This document shows, piece after piece, positions 18,261 to 26,527 of a stretch of 64,000 nucleotides of DNA; the first letter of the stretch is position 1, and the number at the start of each line of letters is the position of its first letter. A program made the position numbers and the translations under genes. The notes below the pieces were generated by a model. It did no database searches. It was not told where the DNA came from and saw nothing but the letters and a program-made list of their open reading frames with translations. Source of the stretch: Syntrophales bacterium (GTDB lineage: Bacteria > Desulfobacterota > Syntrophia > Syntrophales > UBA4778); assembly GCA_028712885.1 (NCBI GenBank), contig JAQTPK010000003.1, positions 11,129-75,128 on the forward strand. The letters run 5' to 3'.

Positions 18261-19694
18261 TCATTTTATATTGCACAGCGCTTTTACATTATTGATCTTC
18301 TCAAGCAAGTCATAGCTGCGGGCAACTTCCACGCGGTTCGTTTCCGGTGTTCCCCCGGCGCAGATAGCGCTGGCCACGAGGTATCCGCCGAATCTCGATG
18401 CCGTCAGGTCCTGGATAAAATACAGCAATCTCAGGCGGTCCTCGGTGGGGATGTCGTGCCGCCCCTTAAGATACTTTTCGATGTATTTCCTCGTTTCCTC
18501 GTTCCCGTATTCAGCTTCGCCCGGCATGGTTGTGACGATCCCGCCGGCTATTTCCTGGAGGGTACCAAGAAATTCAATGAAACGAAGACGCGAATGGTAG
18601 AGACCGGCGTTGGAAATGGAAACATCAGGAATCGGAATACCGCTCGGATGCATGGAGGAATTCGCCACCGCTCCAAGAGTGCAGCCCCAGCCGATTTCTG
18701 AAGAGATCATCATGTCGATTATTTTGCTCCTGATGTGGCCGGCCTTGCCCACTCCGTTGTAATCGGCTATGAGCGCCGCTGTCCCGGCTACGATATCCGT
18801 CCTGGCTGAGGTGCACGCTCCCTTGCAGATCCGCACGTAGGGGGAAAAATACCGGATCAGGTTTCCAGTAAATTCCCATTCCCCGCACATGAAAACTCGT
18901 TCCCAGGGAATAAAGACGTTATCGAAGATGGACAGGCATTCGACAAAGCCGATGTGAGAACTGGCCGGGCTTTCCATCATCTTCGATTCAAGAGGACCTG
19001 GAGCCGGCCTCGTAATAAATTTGAGGCCCTTCGTATCCGTCGGGATTGCGAATGAAACGGCGTAATCTTTATCGGCTTCCTGGAGCACTCCCGAAGGGCA
19101 TGTGAAAATGTAGTGGGTTATGGGCGCATCGGAGGTGTGCGTCTTGGCGCCGTTTACGACTATTCCATCTTTGTTCTTCTCGACTACCCGCAGATATAAA
19201 TCGGGGTCTGCCTGGCGGCTCGGCGGCAAGGAACGATCTCCTTTGGGATCCATGACGCCCATACAGTAGCGGAGGTCGTTCTTCTGCAATTCGCGGAAAA
19301 AATTCTTCAGTCTTCCATGGTAACCGGTGCCCTTTTCTTCATCGATATCGTGTGTGACCGCCCATAAAACGTTGAGACCCGTAATCATGCACATGGAGCA
19401 GAAATGACGGGCGTTGTTTTTCTTTAATGTCTCGATGATTCTCCGCACGTCTTCAGGTGTCTGTCGCAGATGGGTCCAGAAACTGACCTTCTCATTAATA
19501 AGAGGCGACCAGAACACAAAATCCTTCTCTTTATCCGGATCATTGGCCCAATCGTAGAACTTGCACATCTCTTCGATAGATATCTTGAAATATTTATTGC
19601 CGACAACCCCGTCAATTCTTTCTCCCCCGATGTACACTTCAGGGTTCATTTTTCCCAGACTCTCTAAATATTCCTTGCTTGTTTTAATTCCCAT
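18261..19694 (-). CDS. 4-hydroxybutyryl-CoA dehydratase/vinylacetyl-CoA isomerase (AbfD) family protein, divergent
   Basis: 477 aa; MDPKGDRSLPPSRQADPDLYLRVVEKNKDGIVVNGAKTHTS, DKDYAVSFAIP, FDNVFIPWERVF and AALIADYNG closely parallel AbfD as I remember it. Cys at 99, 102, 290 and 294 (my count). Confidence 0.75.
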   Translation of the reverse strand: MGIKTSKEYLESLGKMNPEVYIGGERIDGVVGNKYFKISIEEMCKFYDWANDPDKEKDFVFWSPLINEKVSFWTHLRQTPEDVRRIIETLKKNNARHFCSMCMITGLNVLWAVTHDIDEEKGTGYHGRLKNFFRELQKNDLRYCMGVMDPKGDRSLPPSRQADPDLYLRVVEKNKDGIVVNGAKTHTSDAPITHYIFTCPSGVLQEADKDYAVSFAIPTDTKGLKFITRPAPGPLESKMMESPASSHIGFVECLSIFDNVFIPWERVFMCGEWEFTGNLIRYFSPYVRICKGACTSARTDIVAGTAALIADYNGVGKAGHIRSKIIDMMISSEIGWGCTLGAVANSSMHPSGIPIPDVSISNAGLYHSRLRFIEFLGTLQEIAGGIVTTMPGEAEYGNEETRKYIEKYLKGRHDIPTEDRLRLLYFIQDLTASRFGGYLVASAICAGGTPETNRVEVARSYDLLEKINNVKALCNIK

Positions 19695-19792
19695 GTAATT
19701 ATTCCCCCTGTTCCCTCTGTTCCCGTAATATTCATACTTTCTCTTCGTTTAAGTTCCTCAATGTACTAACCTGTCACGCAGTCCGGGTGCCG

Positions 19793-20476
19793 TTACACGG
19801 CAGCCCATAATACGGCATAAGCCAGCGACGGCAGGAGATTCCCCACGGGGATTTTCTTCAACTCCAGGATGTTGATGCCGATGGCCAGGATGAGCACCCC
19901 GCCTGTGGCGGTGATGGCGCCGAGGACGCGGGGATCCTGCAGAAAAAGGAGTTGCGAGGCCAGAAGGGTGATGGCGCCCTGCACCACAAGAACGGAAATG
20001 GCCGAAAAGGCGACTCCCACGCCGAGGGTGGACGCAAAGGCGATGGAGGCAACACCGTCCAGCATCGCTTTGAGGTAGAGGGTGCTTGCATCGCCGACTG
20101 TTCCGTCCTGGATGGCGCCGACGATCACCAGGGCGCCGGAAATATACAGAATCGATGCAGAGACAAACCCTTCGACAAAAGTCGAGGAGCCCGAACGGAA
20201 GCGCGCCTTAAGCCAACCTCCCAGCCTTTCCACCCTGTCCTCGATTTTCAGAAGTTCCCCCGTGAGCGAGCCCAGGAGGAGACAACCCACGACGGGCAGT
20301 ATCTCCCGTCCCGACAGGGCCATCTGGAGGCCGATTACTATAACGGCAAGCCCGAGCGTCTGCATGAGGATTTTCTTGAACCTCTCGGGCATACGGCTTC
20401 CGACCGAGAGGCCGATCAGGCTGCCGACGATAATACTGCCGCTGTTGACGAGCGTCCCCTTCAAAACGGTTCTCAA
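19793..20476 (-). CDS. DUF554-family integral membrane protein
   Basis: 227 aa, highly hydrophobic, N-terminus MRTVLKGTLVNSGSIIVGSLIG as in YdfK/DUF554 proteins (family call from memory). Confidence 0.6.
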   Translation of the reverse strand: MRTVLKGTLVNSGSIIVGSLIGLSVGSRMPERFKKILMQTLGLAVIVIGLQMALSGREILPVVGCLLLGSLTGELLKIEDRVERLGGWLKARFRSGSSTFVEGFVSASILYISGALVIVGAIQDGTVGDASTLYLKAMLDGVASIAFASTLGVGVAFSAISVLVVQGAITLLASQLLFLQDPRVLGAITATGGVLILAIGINILELKKIPVGNLLPSLAYAVLWAAV

Positions 20477-20492
20477 CGAGAATGCATTTCGC

Positions 20493-23483
20493 TTATTTCA
20501 GCCGGAAATCGACCCGGCTCTCCCTGACATTCTCTTTCTTTGCGGGCGCCGGCCGGCCCGACTCGACGAGGAACACCCGGCCGGGAGCGATTTCCCCCGA
20601 TTTGAGTATCGCCGCCTTTACCCTCTCCGCGCGCCGTACGGCAAGCAGCCGCAAGTCGCTGTCGGTCACCTCGACATGCGCCATCATCAGCTTCTCCATC
20701 TCGGATGCGGGCACTTTCTTGGCCAGGCCGATCAAATTCCGCGGCTTCGGAAATTTCTCGGCCCCATATGCCATTGCAAGGTATTTTTCGGATTCCTGCG
20801 GGAGCACTTGAACCTTTTCCAGCGGGACGGCGGGGTCTTTCCGGCCTGTAATTTCTTTCAGCTTCTGCTCCCTGATCTTCCGGTTCACCGCAGCCCGCTT
20901 CAGGCCTTCCCTGTCCCTCTCGGCGTCGACGTATGCCTCTATGTCCATCCTGAGGGCGGGCCTCTCGCGCAGGGCCCTGACGAGCGTATTTATCTTTTCC
21001 CGGCCGGCATCGGATAAAGAATAGCTCCCGTATTCGAATTCGATATAACTCAGCTCCTCTCCCCCTCCGGCCAGAGAGGCCAGCAGCGAAAACGGAGCAG
21101 TCGCCGCCTTGCCGATCAGGTTCACAATGACCTTCCATAAGATCGGCAGGACGCTGAATTCAGGATCGTCCAGGTCTCCGGAAACGGGGATGTCGAGATT
21201 GATCAGCCCGTTCCGGTCCGTCAGCAGCGTCGCGGCGAGCGCGACGGGCGCATTGATGGCATCCGGGCTTTCCACCCGGTCCCCGAACGCGAGCTGGTCT
21301 ATCATGATATTGTTTCTGGCATCCAGCTTTCGCTTCTCGACAAGATAGGCCACGTCGAAGGTAAGTTTGCCTTTCAGGATCGGGTGCCCGAGATACCGGC
21401 TGGCATATGGAGTAACGGGGCTCAGGTCGATATCCCTGAATCTCATTTTGATGTCGGCATAAAGATCTTTTCTGAGGGGGTTGACGGCGCCGGTGATTTC
21501 GACGGGAGAGCCCCTGCCGAGATTCCCCCTCAAATCAACCGTCGCCCGCGATGCCTCCGCGGAAGACATCCCCTGAACGCTTCCGGAAATATTGAACAGG
21601 CGGGCGGAATAGCTCGGCTTGATAAAGCGGTCCATGAAATCGATCCTGCCCCCCTGGAGCGTGATTTTTCCGATGCGGATATCGCGTTTTTCATCCGCAG
21701 CTGAAGGCCGGGCTTTCCCCGCCTCCGCGGCCGGAGCGGAGGCAGCGTCCGTTTTTTCGCCGCCCTTTTTCTCCTCCGCGAATATTTGATGCAGGTTCAG
21801 CGACCCGTCGGGATGTATAAGCACCCTGGCGTAGAAATCCGTTAAAGATATGCCGTTGATGCGGAGGAACAGGGGATTGAATCCCGCCTCCGCCTTCTCG
21901 AAATAAAGCTGTTTCCAATTGATGAATCTGCTGGAGGTCGCCTTGTCGACGGTTGCGAGCTGCGACACGTAAATCGAGCCGGCGTATTTGAGGCTGGGTT
22001 TTCCCGCTTCATCCTGCACGACGGCAAAACGTCCCGCCGTCGAGGCCGCCCCCCGCGTCACATGGATTTTCATCCTGTCGGTGAAATACGGCTGGAAAGC
22101 GCCGACAGGCATGTCTTTTACGCTCACGGCGAGATCCATGCGCAGGGGGTCCATATCCACAGGACCCTTGATGGAGACCTCCCCTTTCCGATCAACAATA
22201 AACGACAGGTCGATGTTTCCGTCCTTCCCTTTCTCTCCCCCGCCGGCGCACAAATTTGTCATCCGCAGGCTCAGCGGATTAATGCGCATTTTTACCGGCT
22301 CCCGCGGAACGCTGTCGGTGAAAGTAATATCTGCGGCGTCCACCTTCACTTCATCGACGCGCGCCTTCAGCGGGGGTTTCTTCTCCGATGAGGCCGGCTT
22401 GCCGGTATTCCCCCTGCTGTCATTGCTCCGGGGCGGGGCAATGAGGTTAAGCAGATTGATCCCGGCTTCCCGATCCCTGTCGATCAGGACCTGCGGCGAT
22501 TGGATAGAGACCTTTGCAATATGATAGTCCGAGGCCAGAGGATCGAGAGAAGTTATTTCCACGTCGGCGGCCGGAAGGCTCAGGATTTTTCGCTTATGAA
22601 GGTCCTCCACTTCGACCTTTTTCAGCGCGAGGCGGCCGGCCAGCCTGATCGAAGGCGCCTTTCCCTTGCTCAGAACGAACCTGACGTTCATCCTGGCCGT
22701 GAGGAGCGCGGAAACAAGCCGGCAGTTCATCCTGACGGGAATGTAATTCAGGTAAAAGGGGATGTCCGCATCCTGGATATCTATATCGAAGCTCGTCTCC
22801 CGCGAGTCGTGGAACGGTTTGGTTTTCGCGGCGAGCTCGTACCGGCGGCCGTTTATGTTTGCGGAAAAGCTGGGTTCCACGTATTCGTCGGCGTCACGGG
22901 AAGCAGTCGAAATGAAGGGAATGGAAAAATTCAGCTCGGTGACGGCGTGGCGCGTCTTCATGGGACGGTCGTCGAAGCCGATGCCGCCGTCAACAATTTT
23001 GAGATTGCTCAGGAAGAATTCCGTTTTCTTATCTTCCTTTTCTTCATCCGGAGGCGGGATCAGGTCCGAAAAATTGTATGTCCCGTCCGTGCGGCGGATA
23101 ATATTAACGCGGGGTCGCGTGAGCCGGAGCTCTTTCACGACCAGCGCCCTTCTAAAAAGCGACTGCAGCCCCTCGAAATTTATGTAAGCCTCTTCAAACG
23201 CCAGAAAACGCTCCGCCGCGTTCGGCTCCTTTAACGTGAATCCCGTGACAGTGACGGAAAGCGTATAGGGATTAAGCCTGATATTCTCAAATGCAGCCTC
23301 GCGGTGCAGGGCGGCGGAGATCTTTTCAACCAGGAGCGGTTTCAGAAAGGAAGGCAATACGAAGATGACCGCCAGGCTTGCAGCGAAAATAAAGGCGGCG
23401 GCCCCGGCAATGATCGCCCTGTCCCGGCGAGACAGATTTTTTGCCGCTCCAACAGCATCCCCCAGACGGCTTTTCCAGTCCAT
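20493..23483 (-). CDS. Large N-terminally anchored DUF748/AsmA-like envelope protein
   Basis: 996 aa; single N-terminal TM (AIIAGAAAFIFAASLAVIFVL) then a long beta-rich repetitive body (..LNPYTLSVTVTGFTLKEP.., ..IGKITLQGGRIDFMDR..); architecture of DUF748/AsmA-like proteins. Confidence 0.6.
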   Translation of the reverse strand: MDWKSRLGDAVGAAKNLSRRDRAIIAGAAAFIFAASLAVIFVLPSFLKPLLVEKISAALHREAAFENIRLNPYTLSVTVTGFTLKEPNAAERFLAFEEAYINFEGLQSLFRRALVVKELRLTRPRVNIIRRTDGTYNFSDLIPPPDEEKEDKKTEFFLSNLKIVDGGIGFDDRPMKTRHAVTELNFSIPFISTASRDADEYVEPSFSANINGRRYELAAKTKPFHDSRETSFDIDIQDADIPFYLNYIPVRMNCRLVSALLTARMNVRFVLSKGKAPSIRLAGRLALKKVEVEDLHKRKILSLPAADVEITSLDPLASDYHIAKVSIQSPQVLIDRDREAGINLLNLIAPPRSNDSRGNTGKPASSEKKPPLKARVDEVKVDAADITFTDSVPREPVKMRINPLSLRMTNLCAGGGEKGKDGNIDLSFIVDRKGEVSIKGPVDMDPLRMDLAVSVKDMPVGAFQPYFTDRMKIHVTRGAASTAGRFAVVQDEAGKPSLKYAGSIYVSQLATVDKATSSRFINWKQLYFEKAEAGFNPLFLRINGISLTDFYARVLIHPDGSLNLHQIFAEEKKGGEKTDAASAPAAEAGKARPSAADEKRDIRIGKITLQGGRIDFMDRFIKPSYSARLFNISGSVQGMSSAEASRATVDLRGNLGRGSPVEITGAVNPLRKDLYADIKMRFRDIDLSPVTPYASRYLGHPILKGKLTFDVAYLVEKRKLDARNNIMIDQLAFGDRVESPDAINAPVALAATLLTDRNGLINLDIPVSGDLDDPEFSVLPILWKVIVNLIGKAATAPFSLLASLAGGGEELSYIEFEYGSYSLSDAGREKINTLVRALRERPALRMDIEAYVDAERDREGLKRAAVNRKIREQKLKEITGRKDPAVPLEKVQVLPQESEKYLAMAYGAEKFPKPRNLIGLAKKVPASEMEKLMMAHVEVTDSDLRLLAVRRAERVKAAILKSGEIAPGRVFLVESGRPAPAKKENVRESRVDFRLK

Positions 23484-23503
23484 GATGAACAGCGATCCTC
23501 CTC

Positions 23504-24862
23504 TCAGTTCCGGGCTTGACGCGCGCCCTCCGACAACAGACGGGCCCGGACGAAGTTTATATGCTCGCGCAGAATATAGAACTGATCCGCAAAGGAGGCG
23601 GGCACTTTCATCTTATGCACCGCCCTTTCGATGCTGTCGAGCTTTTCCATGGTCCGCCGGCGCTCATCGGGCGCCATCTCTTCCAGAAGATTCTTTTCGA
23701 TCATCATCAGCTCGTTATACCACCGGAAAATGCGCGACTTGAAGCGCCAGCGATAAATGGAGGGGATGATGCGGAGTCCGGGAAGGAGGAGCACAATCAT
23801 CGGCACCAGCACTACGAGGATTCGGTTGACAAAGCTGGCCAGCCGGAAAGGCAGATACCGGTACAGGAAAGTCTTGCCGGATTTGTAATAGCGGCTCGCG
23901 TCCTCACTGATCCGGATCTCCTGCTCCAGGGGCGCCGGAAACTCCCCCTTTTGCCGGAAAAGGCTCGCGCCCGAGTGGATCTCGCGCGCCGCCTCGAGCA
24001 GCAGGTCGGAGAGGGCGGGATGGAGATCTTCCCGCGCAATCAGCTCCACTGTCGCCGCAACCAGCGATATATCGTGCGGGGGGGTGTTTTTTCCGAAATC
24101 GATGGAGCCTTTAGGCAGCGTGATTTTGTTGAGGTAGCGTATCCGGCGCATATAGGCGTCCGCCTGGGTGAAATCGAAGAGGCGGATGCCGGGCGTATGG
24201 AGGAGCCTGCGGATGAGTTCGGACGAAACGGAATCGCCCATCAGGAAAACGCAGTCCAGTTTCCCGTCGAGGATCGCCTGCGCGGCCCGGTCGGAATCCA
24301 TCTCCAGCATCGTTGTGGGACCGCCCGGCTTAATGCCGTTAATGCCGAGGAGCAGAAGCGAAAGAGAGTGCGTGCCGCTCCCCACTTCGCCTATGCCCAG
24401 GCGCTTGCCTGCGAACCCGGACAGCAGTCCTATTTCCGAAGGATTCCTGTAGAAAACGAAGAGGGGCTGATAGGAAGTGCTGCCCAGGGAAACGAGCCTG
24501 CCGCTTTCTACGCCCTTATTGAACCCGCTCTGAACGAAACCGATATCGACCTTCGATGCGGGATCGGCGAGTCTCCTTATGTTTTCACCTGAACCTTCCG
24601 AGTTCAAAACCCGCAGCGTAATGCCGTTCCGCTTCAGGATTTTGGCGTATTTCTGCGCGGTCCGCTCATACCCGCTGCCTTTGGGGCCGCCGGTCATGAC
24701 AACAGCATCCGGCGGCGCCAGGTAGAAAAACAGGAAGGTTGCGGAAGCCAACGCGACTGAAACCAGGCAGGCGGCGGCGATTTTCGCCGTCCGCCCGAAA
24801 CCGAGTATGTCTCCCGACATCGATCTTAACTTTGCCGCAAAGAAATCTGCACTGGCCTTCAT
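23504..24862 (-). CDS. TAXI-family (TRAP-associated) solute-binding protein with extra C-terminal TM and coiled tail
   Basis: VVMTGGPKGSGYERTAQKYAKILKRNGITLRVLNSEGSGENIRRL...VDIGFVQSG typical of COG2358/TAXI; N-terminal TM plus a second TM (ILVVLVPMIVLLLPGL) and about 90 aa of charged helical tail. Confidence 0.7.
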   Translation of the reverse strand: MKASADFFAAKLRSMSGDILGFGRTAKIAAACLVSVALASATFLFFYLAPPDAVVMTGGPKGSGYERTAQKYAKILKRNGITLRVLNSEGSGENIRRLADPASKVDIGFVQSGFNKGVESGRLVSLGSTSYQPLFVFYRNPSEIGLLSGFAGKRLGIGEVGSGTHSLSLLLLGINGIKPGGPTTMLEMDSDRAAQAILDGKLDCVFLMGDSVSSELIRRLLHTPGIRLFDFTQADAYMRRIRYLNKITLPKGSIDFGKNTPPHDISLVAATVELIAREDLHPALSDLLLEAAREIHSGASLFRQKGEFPAPLEQEIRISEDASRYYKSGKTFLYRYLPFRLASFVNRILVVLVPMIVLLLPGLRIIPSIYRWRFKSRIFRWYNELMMIEKNLLEEMAPDERRRTMEKLDSIERAVHKMKVPASFADQFYILREHINFVRARLLSEGARQARN

Positions 24863-24938
24863 GGCGGTTTCCCGTCAAGATCCGCCGCCGCCTTTATCGA
24901 CAGGACGGCCGCAATTTTTCGGATCAATACGCCGAAGT

Positions 24939-25976
24939 TTATTCAAGCGCCGCACCCAGGCGGCTGTTGACCTGCCTGGCCTCGGCCACCATGCGCTCGA
25001 TAAGCTCGGCGATGGACGGCTCGTCTTTGATCAGGCCGGTCACCTGTCCGACCGGGAGAACGCCTTCAGCCATGTTGCCGTCCTCCGTCGCCACCCGGAT
25101 AGCCCTGAACGCATTGGCGAGGAAAGCGAGCTGCCGGGCGTTTTTGACGCCGGAGGCAAGCACCCCGACGAACAGCTTGAAATAGGGAAGGCCCATCTGT
25201 TCCGCAATTTCCCGCGAATTGGCGATCGCCGCGGGCAGGTTGAAGCCGCGCTTGACCATCTTTTCGGCCGTGTCGGTCTTCAAGACACGGCAGGGGATCC
25301 CGTCGAAACGGGTGGAGAAGATCGTATCGTACACTTCTTTTTCGAGGGACAGCTTCTTGAAATTGTCGTGCAGCGGGCTCTCTTTAGTCGTCATGAACCT
25401 CGTTCCCATGGCGATTCCCTCGGCGCCGAGGGAGAGCGCGGCGGCCAGCCCGCGGCCGTCGCCGACACCGCCCGCCGCAATCACGGGGACTTTCAATTCG
25501 TCGGCCAGGCTGGGGATGAGGAGGAAAGAGGTGATCGAGTCCCCGTGCGCCGCCGCTTCGTGCCCGGTGGCGATCACGGCATCCGACCCGTAATCCTGAG
25601 CCCGCTTGGCATGGCGGGAATTGACAACCGTTGCGATTACCTTGCCGCCGTAAGCATGGGCGCGCTTGACGATCCAGTCTCCCTTGCCCAAAGCGAAATT
25701 TATGACCGGAACCTGCTCCTCGAGCAGGACCTTGGCGTTATCGGCGCCGGCGGGCAGGAGCAGCGACGCATTCGCTCCGAAGGGCTTATCCGTCGATTTT
25801 CTTATTTCCCGGACAGCCTCCCTCGTCTGCTTGGGAGTCAGCGGGCCAGTGGCGAGGATGCCGAGACCGCCGGCATTCGACACGGCCGTCACCATTTTGG
25901 GCACGCTGATCCAGCTCATACCCGACAGCAGGATGGGGTACTTGATTCCAAAAAGTTCCGTTATTCTTGTTTTCAT
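24939..25976 (-). CDS. Nitronate monooxygenase / FabK-like FMN enoyl reductase family protein
   Basis: Track start 26039 is an extension; ATG 25976 has AGGAG 7 nt upstream. MKTRITELFGIKYPILLSGMSWIS, VIATGHEAAAHGD, PVIAAGGVGDGRGLAAALSLGAEGIAMGTRF. Confidence 0.8.
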   Translation of the reverse strand: MKTRITELFGIKYPILLSGMSWISVPKMVTAVSNAGGLGILATGPLTPKQTREAVREIRKSTDKPFGANASLLLPAGADNAKVLLEEQVPVINFALGKGDWIVKRAHAYGGKVIATVVNSRHAKRAQDYGSDAVIATGHEAAAHGDSITSFLLIPSLADELKVPVIAAGGVGDGRGLAAALSLGAEGIAMGTRFMTTKESPLHDNFKKLSLEKEVYDTIFSTRFDGIPCRVLKTDTAEKMVKRGFNLPAAIANSREIAEQMGLPYFKLFVGVLASGVKNARQLAFLANAFRAIRVATEDGNMAEGVLPVGQVTGLIKDEPSIAELIERMVAEARQVNSRLGAALE

Positions 25977-26372
25977 CAGAAAGCTCCTGGTTGGAATATG
26001 TATTTTGCCTGTCTGTCCCCGGCATCCCGTCGCGCACAAGCCGCGTGAAACGACTTGCTCGGGACCGATGGACGCAACAGACCGACAGACACAACCGGGG
26101 GCGCGGTCTCACCGCGAATGATTATCCGGGGAGGTTGCAAAAGGCAAGGAAATAATCGTTAACAGCAAACCACAAGAAAAAAGTCATGTTTTCCTTCAGA
26201 ATTCAAGGGGTCTTCATGCGTCCGACAGAGATTGTCTTACAGATCAAAACCGTTCTAAGTAATTTAAATTACAATAGAACCAGATCTAGGCGGCCTCAAC
26301 GCAAAGAACCAGCGCGCATCAGCTCCGCCTATATAATGGCGCGATTTAATCCTATACCAACTTACATTTTTC

Positions 26373-26402
26373 TTGACAAGTGAAAGTAGATTGCGGTATG
26401 TA
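26373..26402 (+). promoter_or_regulatory. Candidate sigma-70-type promoter (TTGACA-18 nt-TATGTA)
   Basis: Perfect -35 TTGACA at 26373-26378, 18-nt spacer, weak -10 TATGTA at 26397-26402; AT-rich surroundings. Confidence 0.3.
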
Positions 26403-26472
26403 CACCCCGTAAAATGGAGGTGTTTCTGCTGTGGTTAACTGAAAAAAGGAAAGGCAATCATGAAGAGTACCT

Positions 26473-26507
26473 GATCCCCATCCTTCTCCCATGGGGATTT
26501 TTTGTTT
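26473..26507 (+). terminator. Rho-independent terminator-like hairpin plus U-tract, 20 nt upstream of a kinase gene
   Basis: gatCCCCAT-ccttctccc-ATGGGGatt followed by TTTTTGTTT; no plus-strand gene lies upstream of it. Confidence 0.6.
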
Positions 26508-26527
26508 AAAGGTAACGGAGTCTTCAG

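Noticed and set aside
26004-26023. Sigma-54-like GG-N10-GC motif (minus strand ccGGggacagacagGCaaaa) upstream of the NMO-like gene.
   Set aside because: Only the GG and GC dinucleotides match; the flanking consensus positions do not. Such spacing occurs by chance in GC-rich DNA.
26186-26383. ORF 26186-26383 (+, 65 aa) in the NMO/kinase intergenic region.
   Set aside because: No SD and a low-complexity basic sequence. It overlaps the candidate promoter and probably reflects AT-rich non-coding DNA.
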